Source of the DNA: Deltaproteobacteria bacterium
GTDB taxonomy: Bacteria > Myxococcota_A > UBA9160 > UBA4427
Assembly: GCA_002691205.1 (NCBI GenBank)
Contig: NZHD01000051.1
Span: 66,901-130,900, forward strand
Length of the DNA stretch: 64,000 nt
Direction: 5' to 3'
In this document: one piece after another, positions 17,592 to 28,152 of the stretch
Position numbering within the stretch: the first letter of the stretch is position 1
Layout: the number at the start of each line of letters is the position of its first letter
Notes under the pieces: model-generated
The model's database searches: none
Told to the model about the DNA's origin: nothing
What the model saw: the letters and a program-made list of their open reading frames with translations, nothing else
Made by a program: the position numbers and the translations under genes

Positions 17592-17999
17592 TTAATGCAA
17601 CAGCTGATTTTCGCGTGATCGGCCTGATTCATGCAGCCGCTTCACATACGCCGAAAGAACTTCCATCACCTCATCGAGTTTTGACAACTCTCCAGAAAAC
17701 GAATTCATCATCTGCTCGACCTCTTCAATCTCTCGAAGGTTTCGCAGCATTTGCAGCCGAGTTCTGTCCTGAAGTTCGAAGGTCAGCGCAATCCCATCCA
17801 GCACACTCGCCCGAGATTCGCGTGAGACTCTCTCCAAACGACCCACCAGCCCTTTCAGAAGAGAGGGCGAAAGAGGGGCCTCAACCCCTCTCCGGCGGAG
17901 CTCCGACAGAATCTGGTCGGCCCCCTGTTGCATTTCCTCGGACGAGACCGCAGGGGCCTCTCGCTCAACGGACTTTGTCCGCTTCCTCCAAAACACCAT
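17592..17999 (-). CDS. hypothetical coiled-coil protein
   Basis: 135-aa ORF with a strong SD (GGGAGG 5 nt before the ATG). Charged, helical-looking sequence, no recognisable domain. Lies between uvrC and comEC on the same strand. Confidence 0.55.
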   Translation of the reverse strand: MVFWRKRTKSVEREAPAVSSEEMQQGADQILSELRRRGVEAPLSPSLLKGLVGRLERVSRESRASVLDGIALTFELQDRTRLQMLRNLREIEEVEQMMNSFSGELSKLDEVMEVLSAYVKRLHESGRSRENQLLH

Positions 18000-18196
18000 C
18001 TCGCCTCCCTATCGGCTCCGCGTTGACCCCTCTGAACCGTCTCCTCAGTGAGTGAGCAAGAACAATGCCAGTCGAACTCACTTCGACAATGACGCGAAGA
18101 TCCCTGAAATTAATCAGGAATTAGAATCTGCAAGTGATGTGCAGTTCAGACTCGAGGAACACGAAGGGTCTTGCAACTCTCAGATTGAGAAGATTC

Positions 18197-20113
18197 CTAC
18201 CCCGAATCCGCTTCCTGAGATGAAGGAGCAGCTCCCGCTTCCAGAGATCGGAAAAAACGATAAATCGCCTGAGCGTCACTTAAGGAAACACCCGGAACTT
18301 GGGTCAGGCGGTCGAGGTCGGCCTCACGCACTTTTCGCAATGACCCCAAATCACGTAAAAGGGCTTGGCGCTTTGAAGGACCGATCCCTGGCAATTCCTC
18401 AAGAATCGAAGCCATCCCCACTTGCCTTCGGAGCTGCCGCTGGTACTCGATTGCAAAGCGATGGGACTCGTCACGAACACGCTGAAGCAAAAGAAGCCCT
18501 CGAGAACTTGAGGGCATCATGATCGGATTCGCTCGGCCAGGCCGAAAGATCCGCTCCGCCTTCAACCCTCCGGAGCGCTTAACCCGGGCTGACGGCGAAC
18601 CCAGGTCTCGCTCTTTAGAAAGACCGAGCGTATCCACAGACAGACCTGCATCAGCTAAGGCTGCGATCACGACTCCCAGTTGCCCGCGCCCCCCGTCCAC
18701 CATCAAAAGGTCAGGGAGAGGCTCATCCTCTACACGTCCTAACCTCCGAAGCATTACCTCACGCAGGCAATCATAATCGTCTCCACCCTTGGCTTCCTTG
18801 ATGCGGTACTTCCTGTATTGCTTCTTGTCTGGAACACCCTCAACAAAAACAACGCGACTCGCCACTGCCAAAGTACCTTGTAAGTTGGAAACGTCGTAGC
18901 ACTCAATATGTCGAGGCAGCTTCTCGAGTCGACATTCCTCACGAATACCTTCGAGAGCGAGCTCTACACTCTCGGCCGCATCGAGACGTTGGAGAAGCGC
19001 CAACGCAGAATTCCGAACAGCGCTTTCAACGAGGCGACGACCTGCACCACGAACAGGCCGTCGGATCACGACTCTCCGCCCGCTCCTCTCCATGAGCCAC
19101 TCAGCAATGGAGCCACCGTCATCAAAACCCACTGAAGAGAGAATTTCACGGGGAGGCTGACGGCCGTCACGCTTACCATAATACTGACCTATGAATGAAG
19201 ACATCACTTCAGGCTCATCGAGTTGAATCCGGGAAAATCCAAAATCTTCAGTTCCAACCACCCTGCCCTCTCGAACATGAAGGACAGCGATCACGAACTC
19301 ACCTCCCTGTCGAGACAAACCGAAGACATCGTGATCCAGACCTCGGCCGCTCACAATCTGCTGCTGCTCTAGCGTCTTCTCCACCGCTTCAATCCGATCA
19401 CGAATACGAGCAGCCTCCTCAAAACGCTCGCCCGCCGATGCATCGCGCATGGCCTCATTCAAATTTTCAACCACTTCACCCGAGCGGCCCTTCAGAAAAA
19501 GCTTGGTTCCTTTAACTTGTTCTGCATAGACGTCGATATCCGCCAGGCCACAGCAAGGCCCCAAACAGCGCTTCATTTCGTATTCAATACACGGTCTACC
19601 TCGGCGTGCATAATCCTTAAAGGTTCCTTTCGTGCATGAGCGCAAAGGGAATATCCGCCGAAGATCAGACAAAACCTCCTTCAGCGCCGTACTTGATGTG
19701 TAGGGTCCAAAATAATCGGCTCCATCTTTTTTAAAGCGCCGGACGGTACTCAGCCGCGGCCATTCTTCAGTTGTGTCCAATCGCAAACCCAGATATTGCT
19801 TATCGTCACGCAGCTTGACGTTGAACATAGGCTTATGCTGCTTGATCAACTCGTTCTCCAGCAGCAATGCCTCCTTTGCATTGGACGTGACAAAAATATC
19901 CACATCGATGGCGCGTCGCATGAGAGCCGGGATTCGACTTCTCCCATCGGAGCCACTTACGTATTGTCGAACGCGAGCACGCAAATCTTTCGCTTTACCG
20001 ACATATAAAACCTTCCCTTGCGCCGCCTTAAAAAGGTATACGCCTGGACTTCGCGGCAGACTGTCGACTTTTTCTGCCGGCAGACCGCTTTCCGAATGGC
20101 TGGCCCGACTCAT
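18197..20113 (-). CDS. uvrC: excinuclease ABC subunit C
   Basis: N-terminal GIY-YIG (PGVYLFK…[14 protein letters not shown]), UvrBC-interaction region, C-terminal endonuclease and HhH2 (…[13 protein letters not shown]…). Confidence 0.96.
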   Translation of the reverse strand: MSRASHSESGLPAEKVDSLPRSPGVYLFKAAQGKVLYVGKAKDLRARVRQYVSGSDGRSRIPALMRRAIDVDIFVTSNAKEALLLENELIKQHKPMFNVKLRDDKQYLGLRLDTTEEWPRLSTVRRFKKDGADYFGPYTSSTALKEVLSDLRRIFPLRSCTKGTFKDYARRGRPCIEYEMKRCLGPCCGLADIDVYAEQVKGTKLFLKGRSGEVVENLNEAMRDASAGERFEEAARIRDRIEAVEKTLEQQQIVSGRGLDHDVFGLSRQGGEFVIAVLHVREGRVVGTEDFGFSRIQLDEPEVMSSFIGQYYGKRDGRQPPREILSSVGFDDGGSIAEWLMERSGRRVVIRRPVRGAGRRLVESAVRNSALALLQRLDAAESVELALEGIREECRLEKLPRHIECYDVSNLQGTLAVASRVVFVEGVPDKKQYRKYRIKEAKGGDDYDCLREVMLRRLGRVEDEPLPDLLMVDGGRGQLGVVIAALADAGLSVDTLGLSKERDLGSPSARVKRSGGLKAERIFRPGRANPIMMPSSSRGLLLLQRVRDESHRFAIEYQRQLRRQVGMASILEELPGIGPSKRQALLRDLGSLRKVREADLDRLTQVPGVSLSDAQAIYRFFRSLEAGAAPSSQEADSG

Positions 20114-22110
20114 GTCAACCGGAGGCGGGTCGCCTCCAGCTCCTTGATTCGATCACGCAAATCAGCCGCTCTCTCAAAGTCGAGTTCTTTTGCAGCCACT
20201 TTCATCTCGGAACGCAAAGCTTCTATTAAAGCCGGCACCTCATGAGGGGGGATCTCATCCTCGGAATTCGAGGTAGCGCCCTGAGCGGTCACGTAATCAC
20301 TCTCCCAAATCGAATCCTGAAGACTTGAAATGCTCTTTTTAATCGTCGACGGGGTGATGTCGTGTTTCAGGTTATAAGCCTCTTGGACTTCACGCCGGCG
20401 TGAAGTTTCTTCAAGGGTGGCAACGATGGACTTCGTCTCCTTATCGGCGTAGAGAATGACTCGACCTTCGGCGTTCCGCGCTGCTCGCCCGATCGTCTGA
20501 ATCAGCGACCGCGTGGAGCGCAAGAAACCTTCCTTATCCGCGTCCATAATCGCCACAAGAGAAACCTCGGGGATATCGAGCCCCTCACGCAACAAATTTA
20601 TGCCTACTAAGACATCAAAGACGCCCTCACGCAGTTCCCGGATGATCTCCATGCGCTCAATGACTTTGATATCACTGTGTAAATAGCGAATCCGGACCCC
20701 GAGATCGGAGTAATACTCCGTCAACTCTTCGGACATACGCTTGGTCAAAGTGGTCACCAAAACCCGCCCGCCCCCCTCGATCACGGATCGCACTTCATCG
20801 AGGAGGTCATCCACTTGACCACTCGCCGGCCTAATCTCCACAAGAGGGTCCATCAGGCCCGTGGGCCGAATGACTTGCTCGACAACGACGCCGCCAGAGT
20901 GATCGAGTTCATAGTCGGCCGGCGTCGCTGACACGTAAATTCGCTGAAGGTCTCGGGCCTCCCACTCCTCAAATCGAAGGGGACGATTATCAAGGGCCGA
21001 TGGCAATCTCCATCCAAAATCGACCAGCGTCTCTTTTCTCGCTCGATCGCCCCGTGACATGCCTCCGATCTGAGAAACACCGATATGACTCTCATCCATC
21101 ACGACCAGTGTATCCTCGGGTAAATAGTCGTAGAGGGTGTAGGGAGTCTGCCCCTCCGAGCGACCATCAAGCCACCGAGAGTAGTTTTCCACTCCGTTGC
21201 AAAACCCCATCTCTTCGAGCATTTCTAAGTCGTACATTGTTCTTGTCTCAAGTCGCTGCGCTTCAAGAAGTTTGCCCTGCTCTTTAAAAGCCGACAATCT
21301 CTCCCGTAATTCTTCACGAATTCCCTTAACGGCCCTCTCTAGGCGGTCCGAGCTGGCCACATAATGACTGGCGGGATAAATCATGCTCCTTTTGATTCGA
21401 GCGATCACCTTTCCTCGCAGAGGGTCGATCTCAGAAATTGTCTCCACTTCATCACCAAAGAACTCAACTCGAATGGCCCGATCACTCTCGTATTGCGGAA
21501 AAATCTCGACAACATCACCACGAACGCGAAAGGTGCCCCGATGAAAATCGTGATCATTCCTTGTGTACAGCATATCGACGAGGCGACGGAGAAGATCCTC
21601 TCGAACCAACTGCATGCCTGACTCAACATAGACATGCATCGACCCGTAACTTTCAGGCGCGCCGAGTCCGTAAATACACGAGACGCTCGCGACCACTAAC
21701 ACGTCTCTCCGAGTTAAAATCGAATGCGTCGCTGAGTGCCGAAGTTTGTCAATCTCATCGTTGACTTGAGAGTCCTTCTCGATGTACGTGTCGCTTGAAG
21801 GGATATAGGCCTCAGGCTGGTAGTAGTCGTAATAGGAAACAAAGTATTCGACTGCGTTCTCAGGGAAAAGCTGCTTAAATTCGGAATACAGCTGAGCCGC
21901 CAGAGTCTTATTGGGAGACATCACCAAAGTCGGACGATTGAGTCGCTCCACTAAACAGGCAATCGTAAAAGTCTTTCCACTGCCCGTGACACCGAGAAGC
22001 GTCTGGTGCGGATCACCGCGGAGCGTTCCCTCAACCAATTCTTCTAGTGCCTGAGGCTGATCACCAGCCGGCTCGAATTCCGAGACAAGCTTGAAAGGCT
22101 TTTCGATCAC
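20110..22110 (-). CDS. uvrB: excinuclease ABC subunit B
   Basis: [17 protein letters not shown], Walker [15 protein letters not shown] box (VMDESHI), helicase motifs, C-terminal UVR domain (…[21 protein letters not shown]). GTG start overlaps the cysS stop (GTGA). Confidence 0.97.
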   Translation of the reverse strand: MIEKPFKLVSEFEPAGDQPQALEELVEGTLRGDPHQTLLGVTGSGKTFTIACLVERLNRPTLVMSPNKTLAAQLYSEFKQLFPENAVEYFVSYYDYYQPEAYIPSSDTYIEKDSQVNDEIDKLRHSATHSILTRRDVLVVASVSCIYGLGAPESYGSMHVYVESGMQLVREDLLRRLVDMLYTRNDHDFHRGTFRVRGDVVEIFPQYESDRAIRVEFFGDEVETISEIDPLRGKVIARIKRSMIYPASHYVASSDRLERAVKGIREELRERLSAFKEQGKLLEAQRLETRTMYDLEMLEEMGFCNGVENYSRWLDGRSEGQTPYTLYDYLPEDTLVVMDESHIGVSQIGGMSRGDRARKETLVDFGWRLPSALDNRPLRFEEWEARDLQRIYVSATPADYELDHSGGVVVEQVIRPTGLMDPLVEIRPASGQVDDLLDEVRSVIEGGGRVLVTTLTKRMSEELTEYYSDLGVRIRYLHSDIKVIERMEIIRELREGVFDVLVGINLLREGLDIPEVSLVAIMDADKEGFLRSTRSLIQTIGRAARNAEGRVILYADKETKSIVATLEETSRRREVQEAYNLKHDITPSTIKKSISSLQDSIWESDYVTAQGATSNSEDEIPPHEVPALIEALRSEMKVAAKELDFERAADLRDRIKELEATRLRLT

Positions 22111-23513
22111 TTGCGTCTCCAGCGAGCCCCCTCGGCCCCGTCGATCACTTCGATACCCTCAGCGGCCAGTTCATCTCGTATCCGGTCCGCCGTCGCGAAA
22201 TCCTTGGTGGACCGAGCCTCCTCACGCTGCACGAGCAGTGCATCGATACGTGGCTCGCTTTCAAAAACCTCTGTCTCCACCTCCGCTTGCGAAAGACCCA
22301 GCCCCAGGACCCCATCGAAACCCAAAAGAAGGTCTCGACGATCTGCCTCCTTAAGTTTCGCGTTCCGGGCAACATCCCAAACAACCGCCATGGCCTGGGG
22401 TGCGTTCAGGTCATCCCCAAGAGCCGCTTTAAAGCGGGCCTCGAAAGGCGCCTGCTGCTCCAGATCTCCTTCTCCAGAGACCTTCCTGAGGGCAGCCACC
22501 GTTGTCAGCAAGCGCTTGTATCCCTGAGCGGCCGCATCCATCGCCTCAATATTAAAACTCTGCTGCTGGCGATAGTGGGCCTGAAGAAAAAAATAACGAA
22601 AAGCCAATGGGTCATAGCCTTGCTCGACCAAATCAGAAAGCGTTTTTACATTGCCCGTCGACTTAGACATTTTTTCACCGCCGAAATCGAGAAATTCATT
22701 GTGCATCCAGTAATTCACCCATGGATGAACCCCAAAGCCGCATTCACTTTGGGCCACTTCGTTGGTGTGATGCACAGTGGCTAAGTCAATCCCACCTGTA
22801 TGAATATCAAAGTGCTCTCCAAGGTACTTGCTGCTCATCGCTGAGCACTCAAGGTGCCAACCCGGAAACCCGCGCCCCCAAGGCGAATCCCACTCCTGGA
22901 GCCGCGTAACACCCTCCTGAGCAAACTTCCAAATCGCAAAATCAGCCGGCTGCCTTTTCCCCTCCACTTGAGCGATCCGCTGGGCCCCCTCCTGGCCCGC
23001 TAGATCGAGATGGGCGAGCTCTGCGTAGCGGGGGAAGCGAGCAGTATCGAAGTAAACTCCATCTTCAATGCGGTAGAGGAAACCGCCCGCATCCAGCGAT
23101 TGACCGAGTTGAATCTGCTCTTGAATGTGGTCCGTGGCCTTGGGATTTTGCTCAGGCAGCAAACAATTCACAGCGGCACGATCTTCTTTCCAAGAGGCTG
23201 TGTAGCGATCCGCGATCTCCTCCGCCGTCTCACCCGACCGACGAGCCGCCAATTCCATTTTATCTTCGCCCTCATCCGCATCAGAAACCAGATGTCCTAC
23301 ATCCGTGATATTGATGACGTGGCTCACCTCAAAATTTTCTGACAAAAGAAAACGCTTTAAGAGGTCCGCAGAAAGCTGGGATCGAAGGTTCCCAATATGC
23401 GATGGGCCATAAACCGTCGGACCACAGGTATAAATGCCCACATGTCCAGGCTGGATAGGACTAAAAGGCTCTTTTTTTCGAGTCCGAGTATTGTAAAAAG
23501 CAATTGCGGTCAA
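22107..23513 (-). CDS. cysS: cysteine--tRNA ligase
   Basis: Class I motifs HIGN (…[10 protein letters not shown]…) and KMSKS (…[10 protein letters not shown]…). Cys/His zinc-site context (…WHLECSAM…). Confidence 0.96.
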   Translation of the reverse strand: MTAIAFYNTRTRKKEPFSPIQPGHVGIYTCGPTVYGPSHIGNLRSQLSADLLKRFLLSENFEVSHVINITDVGHLVSDADEGEDKMELAARRSGETAEEIADRYTASWKEDRAAVNCLLPEQNPKATDHIQEQIQLGQSLDAGGFLYRIEDGVYFDTARFPRYAELAHLDLAGQEGAQRIAQVEGKRQPADFAIWKFAQEGVTRLQEWDSPWGRGFPGWHLECSAMSSKYLGEHFDIHTGGIDLATVHHTNEVAQSECGFGVHPWVNYWMHNEFLDFGGEKMSKSTGNVKTLSDLVEQGYDPLAFRYFFLQAHYRQQQSFNIEAMDAAAQGYKRLLTTVAALRKVSGEGDLEQQAPFEARFKAALGDDLNAPQAMAVVWDVARNAKLKEADRRDLLLGFDGVLGLGLSQAEVETEVFESEPRIDALLVQREEARSTKDFATADRIRDELAAEGIEVIDGAEGARWRRK

Positions 23514-23585
23514 ATTCAGTTCATCCTCTTCGAATCTAGAAGGGGCAGCCCGATCACCCCGCGCGCCCCAGTTTTTCTACGCGCT

Positions 23586-24059
23586 TTATGCCTCGTCCAA
23601 AAGCACAACCGCCATACACGCGATGCCTTCCCCGCGTCCCACCAAACCTAAACCATCGGTGCTCGTCACCTTAAGGCCAAGTCGATCTTCTCGGATCCCA
23701 AGCAGACCGGCGAGATGCATATGCATCGCCGACTGATGAGGAGACAGGCGTGGGGCCTCCAAAACCACGGTACAGTCAACCGAGGCCAGTGAACAACCCC
23801 GACTTCGCATCATTCCGAGCACTTTCTCAAGAATCACCGCACTCTTGATCCCCTTCAGTGAGGCGTCTGAGGAGGGAAAATGTCGACCTAAATCCCCCTC
23901 CGCCAAAGCGCCCAAGAGAGCATCCGAAATCGCATGCAGAACCACATCCCCATCTGAATGACCCAGGGGACCGCACACATGAGGAATTTCTATCCCTGCC
24001 AAAATGAGAGGTCGCCCCTCGACCAATGCGTGCACATCAAAGCCTTGTCCGATTCTCAT
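23586..24059 (-). CDS. ispF: 2-C-methyl-D-erythritol 2,4-cyclodiphosphate synthase
   Basis: Internal ATG giving MRIGQGFDVHAL… (canonical IspF N-terminus). HSDGDVVLHAISDALLGA motif. The ATG overlaps the ispD stop (ATGA). Confidence 0.93.
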   Translation of the reverse strand: MRIGQGFDVHALVEGRPLILAGIEIPHVCGPLGHSDGDVVLHAISDALLGALAEGDLGRHFPSSDASLKGIKSAVILEKVLGMMRSRGCSLASVDCTVVLEAPRLSPHQSAMHMHLAGLLGIREDRLGLKVTSTDGLGLVGRGEGIACMAVVLLDEA

Positions 24060-24739
24060 TGATTCCTCTTGGCCAAGATCGACTCCGCCAGGGGCAGATC
24101 GCCCGGCACCGTAATTTTCAGATTCTCCCAACTGCTTTCGACAATTCGAATCGGCACGCCCAGCCGCTCCACCAGCTCAGCATCGTCCGTCCCTCTGAAG
24201 CCAGCCAATTCAGCCATTTTAAGAGCCTCTCCCAATAATCCACGCTCAAAAACCTGGGGTGTTTGAGCCGCCCAGCAGAGGGCGCGATCGGGTGTTTCGA
24301 CCACCACTCCGTCCTTGGCGATCTTCACCGTATCGCGCACAGGAGCCGCGAGAATGGCAGCTCTATGCTCCCGCGCCACGCCCAGGGCGGTCTCGACCTG
24401 GGAAACCGTCACGAGACAGCGAGCAGCGTCATGAACCGCCACATACTTCACACCCACAGGCAACGCCGCCAGCCCGGCCGCCACAGAATCCTGTCGCTCC
24501 GCCCCACCGGGGACAGGGTCAGCGAGGCGGGAATCAGGGGGGAGACTCAAGGCTTGGAAACGCGCACATTCGGAGTCCGCCAGGACCGGTTGAACCCAAT
24601 CGACCCCGTCGACGGCCAAAAGAGTCTCGATGGAGCGCACCACCAAAGGAACCCCGGATAAGGGCACAAAGGCCTTAGGAATCTCTGAGCCGAGACGTCG
24701 ACCGCGGCCTGCGGCCAAAACGAGAACTGCTGTACTCAT
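24056..24739 (-). CDS. ispD: 2-C-methyl-D-erythritol 4-phosphate cytidylyltransferase
   Basis: Internal ATG giving MSTAVLVLAAGRGRRLG… (IspD P-loop-like AAGxGxR motif). The upstream part of ORF 24056..24850 has no family similarity. Confidence 0.9.
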   Translation of the reverse strand: MSTAVLVLAAGRGRRLGSEIPKAFVPLSGVPLVVRSIETLLAVDGVDWVQPVLADSECARFQALSLPPDSRLADPVPGGAERQDSVAAGLAALPVGVKYVAVHDAARCLVTVSQVETALGVAREHRAAILAAPVRDTVKIAKDGVVVETPDRALCWAAQTPQVFERGLLGEALKMAELAGFRGTDDAELVERLGVPIRIVESSWENLKITVPGDLPLAESILAKRNQ

Positions 24740-24910
24740 AATAGACCAGAGGATACTCCGGCCGGAGCTTAGCCGCCGCTCATGTGCGTTCCGCGTTGAA
24801 CCCTCAGATCCCTTGGCTCCAAAAGAGCCCACCAAAGCACCTGGAAACAACCCGGATCAATTGAAGCAGCCCAGGGTTCGTTCAGGTACAGTACGGCGCC
24901 GGAGGAGTTC

Positions 24911-26566
24911 ATGCGAAGTCTTAAAAAAGTACTCGGTCTTGTCGGTCTCATCATGGGGGTCGCTGTTCAGGGCGTTTCCGCTCAGCCAGTCCCCGTGGCG
25001 GACCCCACCGACCTCGACCCTATGGTTGCGCCCGCTGAAAACTATCGCCCTCTCAGCTTGGACGAAGCCATTGCCGTAGGGCTTCAAAACAACCTCGATG
25101 TACAGGTGAACCGCTACAGCCCCTACGCGTCGGAACTGAATAGCGAAGCGGCCTGGGGCGCCTACGATCCTGTCTTCAGTGGACAAGTCGGATACGCCGG
25201 GACCGCCATCGAGCGAACCTCCCAGCTCGAAGCACAGCCCATCACCGAGAACTCGGGCGTGATTGGAGAAGCGGCCATCACGGCAATGGTTCCTTACTGG
25301 GGAGCCGTTTTAAGCGTCGCCTTCGACAGCGACCGGTCCACTACCAACTCCAACATTACAGCCTACAGCCCGCGGTACGAGTCCGGACTGGAATTCTCGG
25401 CCAATGTCCCCCTCCTCCAAGGGCTCATCTGGAATGAGCCCTGGACTCAAGTCAAAATCAGCCGCCTCGCGTACGGAGCCTCCATCGATGACTTTTCGAC
25501 CTCCGTCATGGACACCGTCTTTTCAATTATTGGAACGTACTGGGACTTGGTCGCTCGGCGCGAAAAAGTTCGCGTCGCCACCAAGAGCTTGTCCACCACC
25601 AAAGCCTTGCTTGAACAAACCGAAGTCCAGTACCAAGTCGGCGTGGTCTCCAAGGTAGAGGTGGTTCAGGCCGAAGCCGGCGTTGCCAATAGCGAGTACG
25701 AGCTCATCCTAGCCAGGAACAACTACCGAAATACGCAAGACGACCTCATCTCGGCGGTTCTCGGCAATCGGCTTCGCCCTGAAACTGACTTGCTCTTCAA
25801 CCCCACCGATGATCCGAAATACTCGCGCGTTCAACCCGTCGACCTCAACGAAGCCGTCACAACCGCTTTCGTCAATCGACCCGAACTCGCCTCCGCTCAA
25901 AAGCGAATCGACCAACGAGAGGTTCAACTCAAGTTTGCCAAGAACCAGCGCTTGCCCAGCTTGGACATCGATTTTCGCTACCGCACCCTGGGCGTCACCG
26001 GAGCCAAAAATCCAGCCGAATTCGTTATTCCCGGACTCCCCGGCGGCAATCCCAAAGATGTCTGTGGCCCTCAAGGTCTCAGCTGCGGGGGCTACGGCGA
26101 TACCTTTGGTGAATATTTTGACAAGGACCACCAAGTCGCCGCCCTGGCCATGGTCTCGATTCCTCTTGGAAACATTCGTGCCCGCAAAGAGGTCAGCAAA
26201 GCCAACATCGAACTTCGAAAAGCCAGCTCTCAGGTCACACGACTACGACAAATGATTATCAAAGACGTACGGGCATCGGCACGGGGGCTTCTCGCCTCTG
26301 CGCAAGGCGTAGAGGCCGCCGAGCGCCGACGCGTCGCGGCCGAAGAGCAACTCAGGGCGGAAACCATCCGTCTCGAGCATGGGGAATCCACGCCTTTCGA
26401 TGTTCTTCAAAGACAGAGGGATCTGGTAGATGCTCAAAGTCAAAAGATCGATGCACTTCGCGCTTTTCGAATCTCTCAAGCCAAACTTCAGCGCGATGAA
26501 GGAACGATCCTGAGTGAACGCAACGTAGCCATCGATCAAGTTCGGCGACTCGAGAGCAATCGCTAG
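24911..26566 (+). CDS. TolC-family outer-membrane efflux protein
   Basis: Signal peptide MRSLKKVLGLVGLIMGVAVQGVSA. Two internally repeated halves with typical OEP motifs (…LSLDEAIAVGLQNNLD…, …VDLNEAVTTAFVNRPEL…). Confidence 0.88.
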   Translation: MRSLKKVLGLVGLIMGVAVQGVSAQPVPVADPTDLDPMVAPAENYRPLSLDEAIAVGLQNNLDVQVNRYSPYASELNSEAAWGAYDPVFSGQVGYAGTAIERTSQLEAQPITENSGVIGEAAITAMVPYWGAVLSVAFDSDRSTTNSNITAYSPRYESGLEFSANVPLLQGLIWNEPWTQVKISRLAYGASIDDFSTSVMDTVFSIIGTYWDLVARREKVRVATKSLSTTKALLEQTEVQYQVGVVSKVEVVQAEAGVANSEYELILARNNYRNTQDDLISAVLGNRLRPETDLLFNPTDDPKYSRVQPVDLNEAVTTAFVNRPELASAQKRIDQREVQLKFAKNQRLPSLDIDFRYRTLGVTGAKNPAEFVIPGLPGGNPKDVCGPQGLSCGGYGDTFGEYFDKDHQVAALAMVSIPLGNIRARKEVSKANIELRKASSQVTRLRQMIIKDVRASARGLLASAQGVEAAERRRVAAEEQLRAETIRLEHGESTPFDVLQRQRDLVDAQSQKIDALRAFRISQAKLQRDEGTILSERNVAIDQVRRLESNR

Positions 26567-26568
26567 GT

Positions 26569-27150
26569 ATGGCTCTTTTCGGACGAAAAAAACCAACTGA
26601 TGCGGATCAAAAACGTCAATCTTCATCCAGCCCTGAAGCGAACCAGCCAGACGCGACCGCGCCTGGCACTCTCAGCAAAACGCCCACAGGCCGCGGCCCG
26701 AACATGAGCGAAACGAAGAGAAAACAAATCAACGACGGCCCACCGCTGTCGAACGGGGAAAAAACAGTGGGACCCATCGGAAAATCAATTGTCATCAAAG
26801 GTGAACTGACCGGAAGTGAAGACGTAGAAATCGACGGGACCGTCGAAGGCGACATTCGCTTCCCCAACAACGTACTGACCATCGGGCCGAACGGAAAAGT
26901 AAGCGGCACGATACAGGCACAAACCGTTCAAATCTTGGGCACTGTCAAAGGCAATGTGGAAGCCAGCGAGCGAGTTCAAATCGACGCCTCAGGGACCGTC
27001 GAGGGAGACCTTCGCGCACCTCGACTTCTCGTCGAGGAGGGAGCCGTCGTAAACGGGAGCATTGAAATGACTGATCAAGGAAGCACTGGCTCTAGCTCCT
27101 CATCGCGTCAAAGCGAAGGAAGCACGCCTTCCGTTAAGGCGATCAAATAA
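26569..27150 (+). CDS. bactofilin-family cytoskeletal protein
   Basis: Central beta-helical repeat IVIKGELTGSEDVEIDGTVEGDIRF…TIGPNGKVSGTIQAQTVQILGTVKGNVEA…VQIDASGTVEGDLRAPRLLVEEGAVVNGSIEM. Disordered N- and C-tails. N-terminal MALFGRKK resembles the bactofilin membrane-targeting motif. Confidence 0.88.
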   Translation: MALFGRKKPTDADQKRQSSSSPEANQPDATAPGTLSKTPTGRGPNMSETKRKQINDGPPLSNGEKTVGPIGKSIVIKGELTGSEDVEIDGTVEGDIRFPNNVLTIGPNGKVSGTIQAQTVQILGTVKGNVEASERVQIDASGTVEGDLRAPRLLVEEGAVVNGSIEMTDQGSTGSSSSSRQSEGSTPSVKAIK

Positions 27151-27155
27151 AGAAT

Positions 27156-27175
27156 CGCGCTCACGCGCGTTTCTT
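27156..27175 (+). terminator. weak candidate intrinsic terminator after bactofilin gene
   Basis: CGCGC-TCAC-GCGCG (5-bp GC stem) followed by TTTCTT, 5 nt after the stop, in the convergent gap with secF. The stem is short, so support is weak. Confidence 0.3.
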
Positions 27176-27192
27176 CAGCTGACACGAAGAAG

Positions 27193-28146
27193 TCAACCCT
27201 TCGCTGTGCTGGCTCTCCCCTCAAGAAGTAGCAAGAGTGGAGATGCGATATAGATCGACGAATACGTCCCGACCGCGACCCCAATCAGCATGGCAAAGGC
27301 GAAGGGACGAATCACTTCTCCGCCCAGCAGGTAGAGCGCGAGCAAGGCCGCCAGAGTCGTCCCCGAGGTAAGGACAGTTCTCGATAGCGTCTGATTCACA
27401 CTGAGGTTCAGCACTTCAGGAAGATCCGCGGTGGTTCTCAGCGCCATATTCTCACGAATGCGATCATAAATGATAATCGTATCATTCAAGCTGTATCCGA
27501 GAATGGCCAACATCGCCGCAAGGATTCGAAGATCGAATTCGAGACCTAGAATCACAAAGATACCCGCCGTCACGGCTAGATCATGAATCACAGCCACAAC
27601 CGCTCCCGGTGCGTAACGAGAACTGAAACGAATCGCCACATAAGCCAAAATCGCGAGGCTGGCCCAGAACAGTGACATCAACCCGTCAGACTGGAGCTCC
27701 GCGCCCACTCGTGGGCCCACGAACTCCACCCGCTGCACCGTGACCGCACCCAGACTGTCATTCAGAGCCGCGCCAATTCGATCCACACGATCGCGGCCAG
27801 GCACTAAGGCCTTCTCTTCCCCCTCGACGGGTGCCGACTGCTGCCCCTTGAAACGAATCAAAAACTCGTTCTCAGAATCACTGCCGAACCGAACAACGCT
27901 TGAATTCTCAACGTCTCCGAGTGCCTCTAAAACAGAACGAATCCTGCTTTCGTTCACCGCACTGTCTTCGAACTTCACTTGCATCTCGTTACCGCCCGCG
28001 AAGTCGATCCCGAGCCGGACTCCCTTGATTGGAATCGCGATGAACGAAGCGCAAATCACGAGCACTGACAGCAAAGCACAGATTTTGCGTTGACCGATAA
28101 AATCGATTCGAGTTCCAGGTTTGATAATTTCAAAGGGCACGATCAA
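27193..28146 (-). CDS. secF: protein translocase subunit SecF
   Basis: 317 aa, 6-TM pattern with a periplasmic loop. Conserved …GIDFAGG… and C-terminal RND-like TM bundle. Directly downstream of secD. Confidence 0.94.
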   Translation of the reverse strand: MIVPFEIIKPGTRIDFIGQRKICALLSVLVICASFIAIPIKGVRLGIDFAGGNEMQVKFEDSAVNESRIRSVLEALGDVENSSVVRFGSDSENEFLIRFKGQQSAPVEGEEKALVPGRDRVDRIGAALNDSLGAVTVQRVEFVGPRVGAELQSDGLMSLFWASLAILAYVAIRFSSRYAPGAVVAVIHDLAVTAGIFVILGLEFDLRILAAMLAILGYSLNDTIIIYDRIRENMALRTTADLPEVLNLSVNQTLSRTVLTSGTTLAALLALYLLGGEVIRPFAFAMLIGVAVGTYSSIYIASPLLLLLEGRASTAKG

Positions 28147-28152
28147 AACTCC

